From Eutreptiella sp. 'Long Island Sound 2002' (Eukaryota; Protista; Euglenida), in the NCBI GenBank assembly GCA_964036045.1, contig OZ038378.1, positions 30,194,001 to 30,258,000 on the forward strand: a stretch of 64,000 nt of DNA. The letters are read 5' to 3'. The position numbers and the translations under genes are program-made. A model generated the notes under the pieces. It searched no databases. It was not told the DNA's origin and saw nothing but the letters and a program-made list of their open reading frames with translations. Shown here in pieces: positions 22,111-35,022 of the stretch (position 1 is its first letter; the number at the start of each line of letters is the position of its first letter).

Positions 22111-24037
22111 TAATGATTCGCAGAATACTAATATTTAGGTCGGGTGTTTTAAATTTTATTTTCGCAAAATTCTGGTGAATGCACCCGGGGGGGGGGGCGA
22201 CTACAACTGGTCTTGGTGCGACACGCCCCCCAACTATCTGTCAAAACTTGCAAAGGGGGGGGGGGATTGGCAGCTCGTCTGGGGGGGGGGCTGCGCAACC
22301 TACTACTACCACATGCATACCTCAAGGGTGTGTGTGTGGGGGGGGGGGGGCATGGGGGCATAGAGGTATGTATGCGATGATAGCAATATCTTGTCTTTGC
22401 CGGGAAGAAAGTCTTAAGGGTCTTAAGGACTAAAGGCATAGTACCCCTCTCAACTAAGCATGGGACAAACAATTTGGCGCTGTTGGCGCCATGGCCCCTG
22501 CACTGCTATCTTTCAAAACTCGGGGGGCCTCAATTGGAAAACTCGGGGGGGGGGGGGGGGGGGGGGGGCTGGGGGGTGTCGCATACAAGAAACGGGCCCG
22601 GCCACCCCCCTGGGGAATGCACCCAACAATGGAAAAAAATTTTCTTCTTGTGATTTCTTTCTGTGAAATCCAATTTGAAGAATTGTTTTGGGTTGACTGA
22701 ACCGAAATCTTTTTTATTTTCGCGTTTTTTTTGGTTGTGTTTGGCTCCTTACGGGGGGGGTTTTGTTTCATTCATGTTGGTGCTTTTGAAAAGGTCCTGG
22801 GGGAACTTGGACTCCGGAATTGCAGTCCATACCTCTATAAGCACACAAATGTGGATCAGTTGGACTCTGGGATTGCAGTCCATAGCTCAGATATGCAGAT
22901 GAACAATCAAGCGTACTGGATGAAACATGACTTTCTCAAAACCAGTTTGTCCACTTGCCAACGCCAGTGCACATGGCACATCAAATGCTGAAACAATTCC
23001 ACAGAAAGTGATGCGAGAGCATACAACAATGAGCAATGATGCTCAGGGTGGCCGTCGTAACAAGTGCAGGATGGCCACCACCCATGCCAGCAGCTCGATT
23101 TCGCCTCGAGCTAACACAATTTGGTGCCCATGCGTCTGGTGACTTTACAGCAAAGGGCGGAGGCGAAAAATTTTGTGTGGTGCATTTCAATTTTGCGAAC
23201 AGCATGCAGCTGAAAATTAATAATCTTGTGCGTTTATTTTTCCTGCATTTTTTTCACACCTTGCGCTGGGAATTAAATATTTCTGCAAAAATTAGTATTT
23301 GTATGGTATCAGTGAAACAACTCCATAGACCGTTCGCTGGCATACATCACCTCCCTACAGCTCTGTTCGCACTGCAGCAATGTTCGGACTTGCACCGCCA
23401 TCAGTGTCATTGCGCCCCTCTCAACACAACAACGGTGTGTGTGTTTGCGAGAGGGTGGGGCAAGGGCGTGGAGATGGCCACAGCAGTTCACTGGGGCGCT
23501 CGCCGTTGGGGGAGGGGCATGACCGAAATGCGAGTCCTTCGGCATGCACACCGTCAGGCGCCCCCCCATGCAGCAGTGTCTAACACCACGGGGTTCAGGG
23601 CCTCAAAAGGCCAGGTGTGGACCGGCCACTTAGCTCCAGCTGCGCCTGCTTTCACACAGCCTTCACTGTGTCATCAGTTCAGCGAGTGACTGTTCGTGCA
23701 ATGTTTCGCTGCATGGGTGCTTCCCATCCCTGATTGGGGTCAGAGCATTCGACGAGGGCCATTGTTCTGAAGGAGGCACCAGGGGATTGCTGAGTGATAC
23801 ACGTGTCCCGGCATTTGGCCAACCCACCCACCCACCAGATCAGAAAAACGTTCCTCAGGCGAAATATGCACTTTATTACAAGAGCCGGAAAATGGAGGCC
23901 GATTTTCAGGTACATAAGCTTTTTTGGGGGCCTCAGACCCCCCCCGCAGGATAGTATTGACCAGCCACTAAGGAATCCCCCTGGGAGGACCGCGCGGGGG
24001 GGGGGGGTAAAATGGTAAAAAAAAAATGTGTGCATAC

Positions 24038-24200
24038 CGCGCCAGGCCACCGTCTCATTCGCATGCCCCGCAGAGGTCACGGCGCTGGCGATGACCGCGT
24101 AGTTCTTGTCAGTTCCCGCTGCGAGCTTGAGGATGAGGGCAATGAGCTGGGGCTTCTCAAGGTGCTCCAAAGAACGTTGCAGTTCGGCCAACTTTTGCAT
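24038..24200 (-). CDS. Probable first exon of the unknown gene continued at 10850
   Basis: ATG at 24200, MQKLAELQRSLEHLEKPQLIALILKLAAG...TVAWR, ending at a GTATGC donor (24037) in phase 1, which is compatible with the phase-1 acceptor at 10851. Confidence 0.5.
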
Positions 24201-25614
24201 ATTGGGAGGGACACAGAAAAATCTGACAGAGAGGCACACCAATACCGGGGGGAGTGGCACAAGAAGACTGACTCTGTCCACAACAAAGGCCCTGGAATGC
24301 TGGCGGTTGCTGGGCAAAAGAGGTGGTGGTAATTGACGGCGGTTTGGTGGTGGCCCGCCCAGTGTGCAGGCAAGTAGTGGTGGGCAGCTGTTGGGCCACG
24401 GCTGATGGCAGTTAGGCGAGAAATGATTCACTATCTTGCCCGGTTTGGTCTCTGTTCGGAGATGCATGCGCTTCATTGCTCCATTTCTAGTCTATTTACC
24501 ACGGCGCATTGCCAGGGGGTGGGGGGGGGGGGGGGCTGACTCTCTCATGCCGTTTGCCGCCACACATTGTGTTGCGGTCTGGCACCATGATAGGCCTGCT
24601 GGGGCCACATAGGGCCGTATGCTGTGATGTGATGGTGGTACACCAAACCGGGAAAGGCGGACTTTCAATGTATGGGGGCAGGTAGATAGAGCGCCTTGAC
24701 CAGACCCCCCCCAAAAGCTATTTATTATTATTGACAGGATGCCCCAAAACTAAACTTGGAACATGTGTGGTCTCAATGGAAGGGGTGCGGGTGCGGGAGG
24801 GAGGGCTGAAGGGGTGGGGCGTTGGGGGGGGGGGGTCAGGAGGTTGGAGGGAGAGGATGCTTGCTCAATTAGCTATGTTATGTGGGGTCGGGTTAGGTGT
24901 ATTCCTAATTGTAGCCCCTACCCTCAGGGTAACCTGGGTAACGGAGTCGGTGGCATGCTTGTACGTCTGCCCTCTTGTGATCCCCCTGTTGGTGCACGAC
25001 GATTGCCCCAAATCCCCGAGGGAACATGGGGGGGGGGGGGGATGGCTAGAAATGCGACAGTTCCCCCGCCCATCCCCCCCCATGGCAGGGATTTCAAGGA
25101 AAGTGCGGCACACACAAGACATGCAGCAAACAGGGGCATGGCATGCACGAAATGACAATGTGTCAGCATGAGCAACATTCATGGCTGAAATTGCCAAAAA
25201 AACTGAGTGATCGTCATGATACATCGATAAATGCATTGCCTGACATGCAATCAAAAAAACATGCAACTACTGCATTTGCCCCAAAAGCCACAAATGTGAT
25301 TGCCCTGGACAACTGCAGAAATCCCACTAAAACGTGAAAAACCACCATTCCGCATAAAGTAAAAGTGTTTAAGGGTACCCCCCGCCCCCAGAGGCAATGG
25401 CAGAAGTGGGGCAGGTATGCACATTTGCTTGGAGAGAACATACATTCTGTCAATCAGGCAACATGTAATGGGAAGGCATGCATCACAGACGTTTTTGTGG
25501 CATGCCAGTGACGTGATTTTTGATCCGAGGTGTTCGGTGCCAATGAAAACAATGGTCAGTGCCAAATGAAGCCTTGTTCCAGACCCGTCCAGTTTTTGGA
25601 GGCTCTACTGAAAA

Positions 25615-26257
25615 ACCCCTGACCGTGACTCCGACTATGACTTCGACTCCAGCCCCACCGCCAACTCCAACTCCAATTCCGACTCAGGGTCGAGCTTGGC
25701 TCCATGCTCTACGGCCCCTTTGTCGTCCAAACCGAACTACACAAATGCGAAACGCAAACCAAATCGAAACGTTGTGGCATAGGGGTGGGCACCCTGTGAC
25801 CAACAATCGAAGTGCGAAACAATTCAAAAAACTTATGTCATGGCCACCCTATGATGTAGGGGATGAGGCAAGAACATATGGCAGTGGGACCGACGTTGTG
25901 TTATGGTGGGGGGAGGGGACAAACATTGTGTGGCACATTGCGCATCCGGAGTGCACACAATCATTTTCGGGGGAGAAATTTGCAATAAGGCGTGTTGTGC
26001 TATTTCATCAACACCTAAATGAACATTGCAAAAAAAGGTACCTTGTGTTGTTTTTGATGTGCACGTAACACAACCATGTAGTGCCGCAAGACACACCCAC
26101 GCACATTTACACACTTACACACAATCATAGCACGGGTGGGGGCTCACGTACATTTAGCCATGTTGCTTGATTCCATACTTATGAACATGTGAATGATGTC
26201 CCTCCTTTTGAACCACAATAGAAACATGGGTCCATCGTCTGTCCTTTGTATACAACA
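25615..26257 (-). repeat. Diverged inverted copy of part of the 2.7-kb macrosatellite unit
   Basis: Reverse complement of ~27778-28370 (e.g. gttgtatacaaaggaca, gctaaatgtacgtgagcc, ccggatgcacaatgtgcc segments). Confidence 0.9.
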
Positions 26258-26344
26258 CTCGCTAGGACCCTCTGCCTCTAGTTTTGTGTGTGTGCCTCCT
26301 CAACCACACCAACCCCCGCCGTTGCACCCCCCCCCATGATAAGG

Positions 26345-26972
26345 TTGTCTTATGGGAGCGCTTCGTGCACACTGCACTGTCGGGTAAGGGAAATTACAAT
26401 GGCTAGGTGTACAATGGTGTACAATGGGTAGGCAAGATACACTAAAAGAAGAAAATTCTATGCATGTTGATCTCTTGACACCATAGATTGATTTGTACTG
26501 TTTTTTGCAAATGAGCAAGGACAAAATGAGACAAGTCACTTACAGGTGTGCGAGGCAAGAAATGGTAGAAGTTACGCGATTTTGCACACACGTGTAGAGT
26601 TAGGGCTGTCCAAACCCGCACAAAAGCTAGTTCCGCACTCCATGCCACCCCTATGCATGACAGTCCGGCATTCTCCCCTGGGAAATGGGACCGTCTGCTT
26701 ACACACAGCAAGTGAAAAGGCATTCAGTGCAGCCACAGGGGCCGCCGCCAGCCAATGTGTGACACCGAGGGGCATGCAACTATTTTGGGGAGTGTAGGGG
26801 GGGGGGGGGGCTTCGTTGAACCAAAACTAGGCCCTTTACGCCGGGCACCTACAAACGGGTGGGTAAGCTCAAACAGAGAAAGCAAAGAAAACTCACTGCG
26901 TTGTGGATGTCTGAAGTAAACGGTGACGAAATTCCCGAGGGTGTCATGCGATTAGAGCTACAAAACACATAC

Positions 26973-27003
<31 letters not shown>

Positions 27004-29634
27004 AAGAGAGAGAGAGAGAGAGAGAGAGGGAAGGGAGGGGAGGGGAAGGGCCTCAAGCGTCGGAACCATCCTCCCACTCGTCGCATGCCCTCTTCCCCTT
27101 ACTCTGGAACGAGCATGCTTCTTTGGCCGGGATGCTTGTGACCTTGTCACACCATAGGCTGCTGGCCCTTCGGACATGGATTCCGATGGCATATAGTCAC
27201 TGGTGCCAGGTAGGGTGCTACTGCTAGACGATGCACTAGTACTAGAGGAGGCCCGCATCCGGCATAGTTGTGAGACACACCGGGGTGCGATTGTCCCACG
27301 TGGTGTGGGATGGTGTAGGTTCAATGCCATTTCCGGCAATCAATCACCGTGCAGCGAACCAGTAGATTGGTGCTCGGGCTCTTGGATGGGCAACGCCAAA
27401 AAGAAGGTGTGGGCGGTAGTCATCAAAATCTCCTCATATTCTGATGCGTGGACACCAAGACGGATTGTAACCATGAGGTTGATATCTCGGTCTTTGATCA
27501 CTTGGTAGTACTAATCTGTCATGACAAAACAGGGAGTATGTGCGAAGAACCATGGAGGAGACATACGGGGGTTACAAGCAGGCATTCACCTTCGGGGCTC
27601 AATATTGGGGGAAGGGGGGCTTGGATTTTGGGAGCCCTGGCCGACTGGCGGCGGTCCCACTCTCCCCAATGACATCACCGCTGCTCATCGTAGCGAATCT
27701 AGGGTCACAGATTACATTGGCTAGGCAAGATATGCTAAAACAATGAAATTTTGTGCGTGTTCATCACTTGACACCATAGTTGTATACAAAGGACAAACTA
27801 TGACCCCCGGTCAACATGCAAAGCGTGAAAGGAAAACCCATCTTTATACTGTGGTTCAAAACGACGGTCACCATTCACATGTCCATAAGCATGGAATCAA
27901 GCAACATGGCTAAATGTACGTGAGCCCTCACTCGTGCTATGATTGTGTGTAAGTGTGTAAATGTGCGTGGGTGTGTCTTGCGGCACTACATGGTTGTGTT
28001 ACGTGCCCATCAAAAACAAGACAAGGTAGGCTTTTTTTTGGGCAACCTTCATCTAGGTATTCATGAAATAGCACAACATGCCTTATTGCAAATTTCTCCC
28101 CCGAAAATGATTGTGTGCACTCCGGATGCACAATGTGCCACACAACGTTTGTCCCCTCCCCCCACCATGACAAAATGTTGGTCACCGTCACATATTGTTG
28201 CTTTATCCCCTACATCATAGGGTGCCCACTCCCATGGCATAAGTGTTTTGAATCATTTCGCACTTTGATGGTCGGTCATAGGGTGCCCCCTCCCATGACA
28301 CAACGTTTCAATCGATTTGCACTTCCTTGGACAACTCGTCATAGTGGGAGTCAGGGTCAAATAGTGAGTTGGTGTCAATGAGACAGGGCTTCTTTCACTT
28401 GGAGAAATGCCCCTATGGACCATAGGGTTGGTACTTGGTGTTGCTTTGGGATAGTGATGGCAATACCAACAATCCCAATGCATGCAATATGTGGTCCAAC
28501 GGTGAAACATTGCAGGTTGTTGCCGCAAGAGGGGTTGGGGGTACAAATGTTTGTGTGTGTGGTGACGGCACCTTGCCGTAGGGGAGACTGGCATACCGTC
28601 GTGCATAAGGGTGGCACATGCTAGGAACTAGCTTTTGTGCGGGTATGGATAGCCCTAACACTACACCTCTTGCAAATTTGATACCATTTGTTGTCTTGCA
28701 CACATGTACGCGACTTGTCTCCGTTTGTTCGGGCATATTTGCAGAAAACAGTGCACTTGTACCCTCGTCCCTGACCCTTGGGCTCTAGATCTATGTGTTG
28801 CCGCCTGAACCAAACCATCCTCCACCCTTGAACCCCCCATGAGAATGTTGTGTTATGGGAGCGCTTCCTGCACACTGCAAGCGCTGCCATGTAATTAATG
28901 TACACTGGCTAGAAGGGATTTTTTTTTGCCTTCTTGACACTCAAGGTGTCGTTGAGTGTACTCGGGAGAACCCAGGAAAGCAAAAGGTCCATTCATGTAC
29001 AGCACGGGTGCATCCAAAAACTGAGCGGAATAGAGGCCCACGAAGCGTGCTGCCTTAACATGTGGTGATCCCTAGTACAATAGTGTAGGCGGTCTGCCAC
29101 ACCCAACGGGCGGCAATTTATGTGGAGGCATGTAGTATGAGGTACCGAATGTCCTACTGGCGTGGTATCTTGGCGCAGCATGTACGGTGTCAGTGCAGAG
29201 TTACATGGATTAATGTGTTGGTGGTGCTTGACTCGGCATGCTGGCGTGTTTTGCCTTATTGGTGTGCATCTATGCCATTCAGTGCACATTGTGTATACCC
29301 ATATTGCCGGACACGGTATGCAATGGTAACATGAGGAGCAAGTGAAACAGCATTCAGTGCAGCCACGGGGGCCGCCGCTAACCAACGTACTGAGGGGCGT
29401 GCAACTATTTTGGGGAGTGTAGGGGGCGGGCGGCGGGGGGGGGGGGGGGGCTCGTTGACCCAAAGCAAGCACCTTTTCGTCGGGCACCTCCGAATGGATG
29501 CGTGTGTTCAAACAGAGAAAGCGAAGAAAACTCACTGTGTTGTGGATGTCTAAAAAGAAACGGTGGTGACATTCCTGAGGGTGTCATGCGATCAGAGCTA
29601 CAAAACACATACTTACATACATACATACATACAT

Positions 29635-29676
<42 letters not shown>

Positions 29677-32600
29677 GGGGAAGGGAAGGGAGGGGAAGGG
29701 CCTCAAGCGTCGGAACCATCCTCCCACTCGTCGCATGCCCTCTTCCCCTTACTCTGGAACGAGCACGCTTCTTTGGCCGGGATGCTTGTGACCTTGTCAC
29801 ACCATAGGCTGCTGGCCCTTCGGACATGGATTCCGATGGCACATAGTCACTGGTGCCAGATGGGGTGCTACTGCTGGACGATGCACTACTACTGAAGGAG
29901 GCCTTGGTGGTAGAGGTACGGTAGCTACTGCTGCCACATAAACTACTACCCCGGTTTGCCGCAAAGAGAAGAGCACGGAGAGCAGTGGGCAGGGCCAACG
30001 GCGTAGCCGGCTTTGCCTTTGGTGGCAATGGGGCCTGGAAACTATGGAAGGCTTGCAACACTTTTTTTTTCTCTTTGCTGCAACCTGCGTAGTTCTCAGT
30101 CACACTGGGTTGCGCTTGTGCAATGTGGTGTGGGATGGCGTAGGTTCAATGCCATTTCCGGCAATCAACCACCGTGCAGTGAACCGGTAGATTGGTGGTC
30201 GGGCTCGTGGAGGGGCAACGCCAAAAAGAAGGTGTGGGCGGTAGTCATCAAAATCTCCTCACGTTCTGATGCTCGGACTAAAAGACGGATTGTAACCATA
30301 AAGTTGATATCTCGGTCACTTGGTAGTACTAATCTGTCACGACAAAACATTGAGTATGTGCAAAGAACCGTGGAGGAGACATACGGGGGTCAAAAAAAGG
30401 CAATCACCTTCGGGGCTCATCACGTGCCCTCTTCCCCTTACTCTGGAACGAGCATGCTTCTTTGGCCGGGATGCTTGTGACCTTGTCACACCATAGGCTG
30501 CTGGCCCTTCGGACATGGATTCCGATGGCACATAGTCACTGGTGCCACACGGGGTACTACTGTTGGACGATGCAATAGTACTGGAGGAGCTGAATGTACG
30601 TGAGCCCTCACTCGTGCTATGATTGTGTGTAAGTGTGTAAATGTGCGTGGGTATGTCTTGCGGCTCTACATGGTTGTGTTACGTGCCCATCAAAAACAAC
30701 AGATCGTAGCACTTTCTTTTGCGGTGTTCATTGAGGTGTTGATGAAATAGCACAACATGCCTTATTGCAAATTTCTCCCCCGAAAATGATTGTGTGCACT
30801 CCGGATGCACAATGTGCCACACAACGTTTGTCCCCTCCCCCCACCATGACAAAATGTTGGTCCCACCGTCACATATTGTTGCTTTATCCCCTACATCATA
30901 GGGTGCCCACTCCCATGGCATAAGTGTTTTGAATCGTTTCGCACTTTGATGGTCGGTCATAGGGTGCCCCCTCCCATGACACAACGTTTCAATCGATTTG
31001 CACTTCCTTGGACAACTCGTCATAGTGGGAGTCAGGGTCAAATAGTGAGTTGGTGTCAATGAGACAGGGCTTCTTTCACTTGGAGAAATGCCCCTATGGA
31101 CCATAGGGTTGGTACTTGGTGTTGCTTTGGGATAGTGATGGCAATACCAACAATCCCAATGCATGCAATATGTGGTCCAACGGTGAAACATTGCAGGTTG
31201 TTGCCGCAAGAGGGGTTGGGGGTACAAATGTTTGTGTGTGTGGTGACGGCACCTTGCCGTAGGGGAGACTGGCATACCGTCGTGCATAAGGGTGGCACAT
31301 GCTAGGAACTAGCTTTTGTGCGGGTATGGATAGCCCTAACACTACACCTCTTGCAAATTTGATACCATTTGTTGTCTTGCACACATGTACGCGACTTGTC
31401 TCCGTGTGTTCGGGCATATTTGCAGAAAACAGTGCACTTGTACCCTCGTCCCTGACCCTTGGGCTCTAGATCTATGTGTTGCCGCCTGAACCAAACCATC
31501 CTCCACCCTTGAACCCCCCATGTGAATGTTGTGTTATGGGAGCACTTCCTGCACACTGCAAGCGCTGCCACGTAATTAATATACACTGGCTAGAAGGGAT
31601 TTTTTTGTCTTCTTGACACTCAAGGTGTCGTTGAGTGTACTCGGGAAAACCCAGGAAAGCAAAAGGTCCATTCATGCACAGCACGGGTGCATCCAAAAAC
31701 TGAGCGGAATAGAGGCCCACGAAGCGTGCTGCCTTAACATGTGGTGATCCCTAGTACAATAGTGTAGGCGGTCTGCCACACCCAACGGGCGGCAATTTAT
31801 GTGGAGGCATGTAGTATGAGGTACCGAATGTCCTACTGGCGTGGTATCTTGGCGTAGCACAGCATGTACGGTGTCAGTGCAGAGTTACATGGATTGATAT
31901 GTTGGTGGTGCTTGATTCGGCATGCTGGCGTGTTTTGCCTTATTGGTGTGCATCTATGCCATTCAGTGCACATGGTGTATACCCATATTGCCGGACACGG
32001 TGTGCAATGGTAACATGAGGAGCAAGTGAAACAGCATTCAGTGCAGCCACGGGGGCCGCCGCTAACCAACGTACTGAGGGGCATGCAACTATTTTGGGGA
32101 GTGTAGGGGGCGGGCGGGGGGGGGGGGGGGGGGGGGGGGCTCATTGACCCAAAGCAAGCACCTTTTCGTCGGGCACCTCCGAATGGATGCGTGTGTTCAA
32201 ACGAAGAAAGCAAAGAAAACCCACTGCGTTGTGGATGTCTAAAAAGAAACGGTGGAGACATTCCCGAGGGTGTCATGCGATCAGAGCTACAAAACACATA
32301 CTTACATACATGCATACATACATACATACATACATAAAGAGAGAGAAAGAGAGAGAGAGAGAGAGGGGGGGGGGGAAGGGAAGGGAGGGGAAGGGCCTCA
32401 AGCGTCGGAACCATCCTCCCGCTCGTCGCATGCCCTCTTCCCCCTACTCTGGAACGAGCACGCTTCTTTGGCCGGGATGCTTGTGACCTTGTCACACCAT
32501 AGGCTGCTGGCCCTTCGGACATGGATTCCGATGGCACATAGTCACTGGTGCCAGATGGGGTGCTACTGCTGGACGATGCACTACTACTGAAGGAGGCCTT

Positions 32601-34991
32601 GGTGGTAGAGGTACGGTAGCTACTGCTGCCACATAAACTACTACCCCGGTTTGCCGCAAAGAGAAGAGCACGGAGAGCAGTGGGTAGGGCCAACGGCGTA
32701 GCCGGCTTTGCCTTTGGTGGCAGTGGGGCCTGGAAACTATGGAAGGCTTGCAACACTTTTTTTTTCTCTTTGCTGCAACCTGCGTAGTTCTGAGTCACAC
32801 TGGGTTGCGCTTGTGCAATGTGGTGTGGGATGGCGTAGGTTCAATGCCATTTCCGGCAATCAACCACCGTGCAGTGAACCGGTAGATTGGTGGTCGGGCT
32901 CGTGGAGGGGCAACGCCAAAAAGAAGGTGTGGGCGGTAGTCATCAAAATCTCCTCACATTCTGATGCTCGGACTAAAAGACGGATTGTAACCATAAAGTT
33001 GATATCTCGGTCACTTGGTAGTACTAATCTGTCACGCCAAAACAGTGAGTATGTGCAAAGAACCGTGGAGGAGACATACGGGGGTAAAAAAAAGGCAATC
33101 ACCTTCGGGGCTCATCGCGTGCCCTCTTCCCGCTAGTTTGGAACGAGCGTGCTTCTTTGGCCGGGATGCTTGTGACCTTGTCACACCATAGGCTGCTGGT
33201 CCTTCGGACATGGATTCCGATGGCACATAGTCACTGGTGCCACACGGGGTACTACTGTTGGACGATGCAATAGTACTGGAGGAGCTGAATGTACGTGAGC
33301 CCTCACTCGTGCTACGATTGTGTGTAAGTGTGTAAATGTGCGTGGGTATGTCTTGCGGCTCTACATGGTTGTGTTACGTGCCCATCAAAAACAACAGATC
33401 GTAGCACTTTCTTTTGCGGTGTTCATTGAGGTGTTGATGAAATAGCACAACATGCCTTATTGCAAATTTCTCCCCCGAAAATGATTGTGTGCACTCCGGA
33501 TGCACAATGTGCCACACAACGTTTGTCCCCTCCCCCCATCATGACAAAATGTTGGTCCCACCGTCACATATTGTTGCTTTATCCCCTACATCATAGGGTG
33601 CCCACTCCCATGGCATAAGTGTTTTGAATCATTTCGCACTTTGATGGTCGGTCATAGGGTGCCCCCTCCCATGACACAACGTTGCAATCGATTTGCACTT
33701 CCTTGGACAACTCGTCATAGTGGGAGTCAGGGTCAAATAGTGAGTTGATGTCAATGAGACAGGGCTTCTTTCACTTGGAGAAATGCCCCTATGGACCATA
33801 GGGTTGGTACTTGGTGTTGCTTTGGGATAGTGATGGCAATACCAACAATCCCAATGCATGCAATATGTGGTCCAACGGTGAAACATTGCAGGTTGTTGCC
33901 GCAAGAGGGGTTGGGGGTACAAATGTTTGTGTGTGTGGTGACGGCACCTTGCCGTAGGGGAGACTGGCATACCGTCGTGCATAAGGGTGGCACATGCTAG
34001 GAACTAGCTTTTGTGCGGGTATGGATAGCCCTAACACTACACCTCTTGCAAATTTGATACCATTTGTTGTCTTGCACACATGTACGCGACTTGTCTCCGT
34101 TTGTTCGGGCATATTTGCAGAAAACAGTGCACTTGTACCCTCGTCCCTGACCCTTGGGCTCTAGATCTATGTGTTGCCGCCTGAACCAAACCATCCTCCA
34201 CCCTTGAACCCCCCATGAGAATGTTGTGTTATGGGAGCACTTCCTGCACACTGCAAGCGCTGCCATGTAATTAATGTACACTGGCTAGAAGGGATTTTTT
34301 TGTCTTCTTGACACTCAAGGTGTTGATGAGTGTACTCGGGAGAACCCAGGAAAGCAAAAGGTCCATTCATGCAGAGCACGGGTGCATCCAAAAACTGAGC
34401 GGAATAGAGGCCCACGAAGCGTGCTGCCTTAACATGTGGTGATCCCTAGTACAATAGTGTAGGCGGTCTGCCACACCCAACGGGCGGCAATTTATGTGGA
34501 GGCATGTAGTATGAGGTACCGAATGTCCTACTGGCGTGGTATCTTGGCGTAGCACAGCATGTACGGTGTCAGTGCAGAGTTACATGGATTAATATGTTGG
34601 TGGTGCTTGATTCGGCATGCTGGCGTGTTTTGCCTTATCGGTGTGCATCTATGCCATTCAGTGCACATTGTGTATACCCATATTGCCGGACACGGTATGC
34701 AATGGCAACATGAGGAGCAAGTGAAACAGCATTCAGTGCAGCCACGGGGGCCGCCGCTAACCAACGTACTGAGGGGCGTGCAACTATTTTGGGGAGTGTA
34801 GGGGGCGGGCGGCGGGGGGGGGGGGGGGGCTCATTGACCCAAAGCAAGCGCCTTTTCGTCGGGCACCTCCGAATGGATGCGTGTGTTCAAACGAAGAAAG
34901 CAAAGAAAACTCACTGCGTTGTGGATGTCTAAAAAGAAACGGTGGAGACATTCCCGAGGGTGTCATGCGATCAGAGCTACAAAACACATAC

Positions 34992-35022
<31 letters not shown>

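Noticed and set aside
22180-22620. Poly-G/poly-C tracts as specific G-quadruplex signals
   Set aside because: Such tracts occur throughout the window as background, including inside pseudogenes where they cause frameshifts.
27913-30592. Spliced-leader RNA or 5S rRNA tandem gene array
   Set aside because: No recognisable SL or 5S sequence in the unit; only a short ttctgagt coincidence.
30679-31287. Recurring 100-320-aa ORFs in the macrosatellite as real genes
   Set aside because: They recur only because the units are near-identical. Comparison with the diverged inverted copy (25830-26068) shows mostly non-synonymous changes, and several ORFs run through microsatellites.
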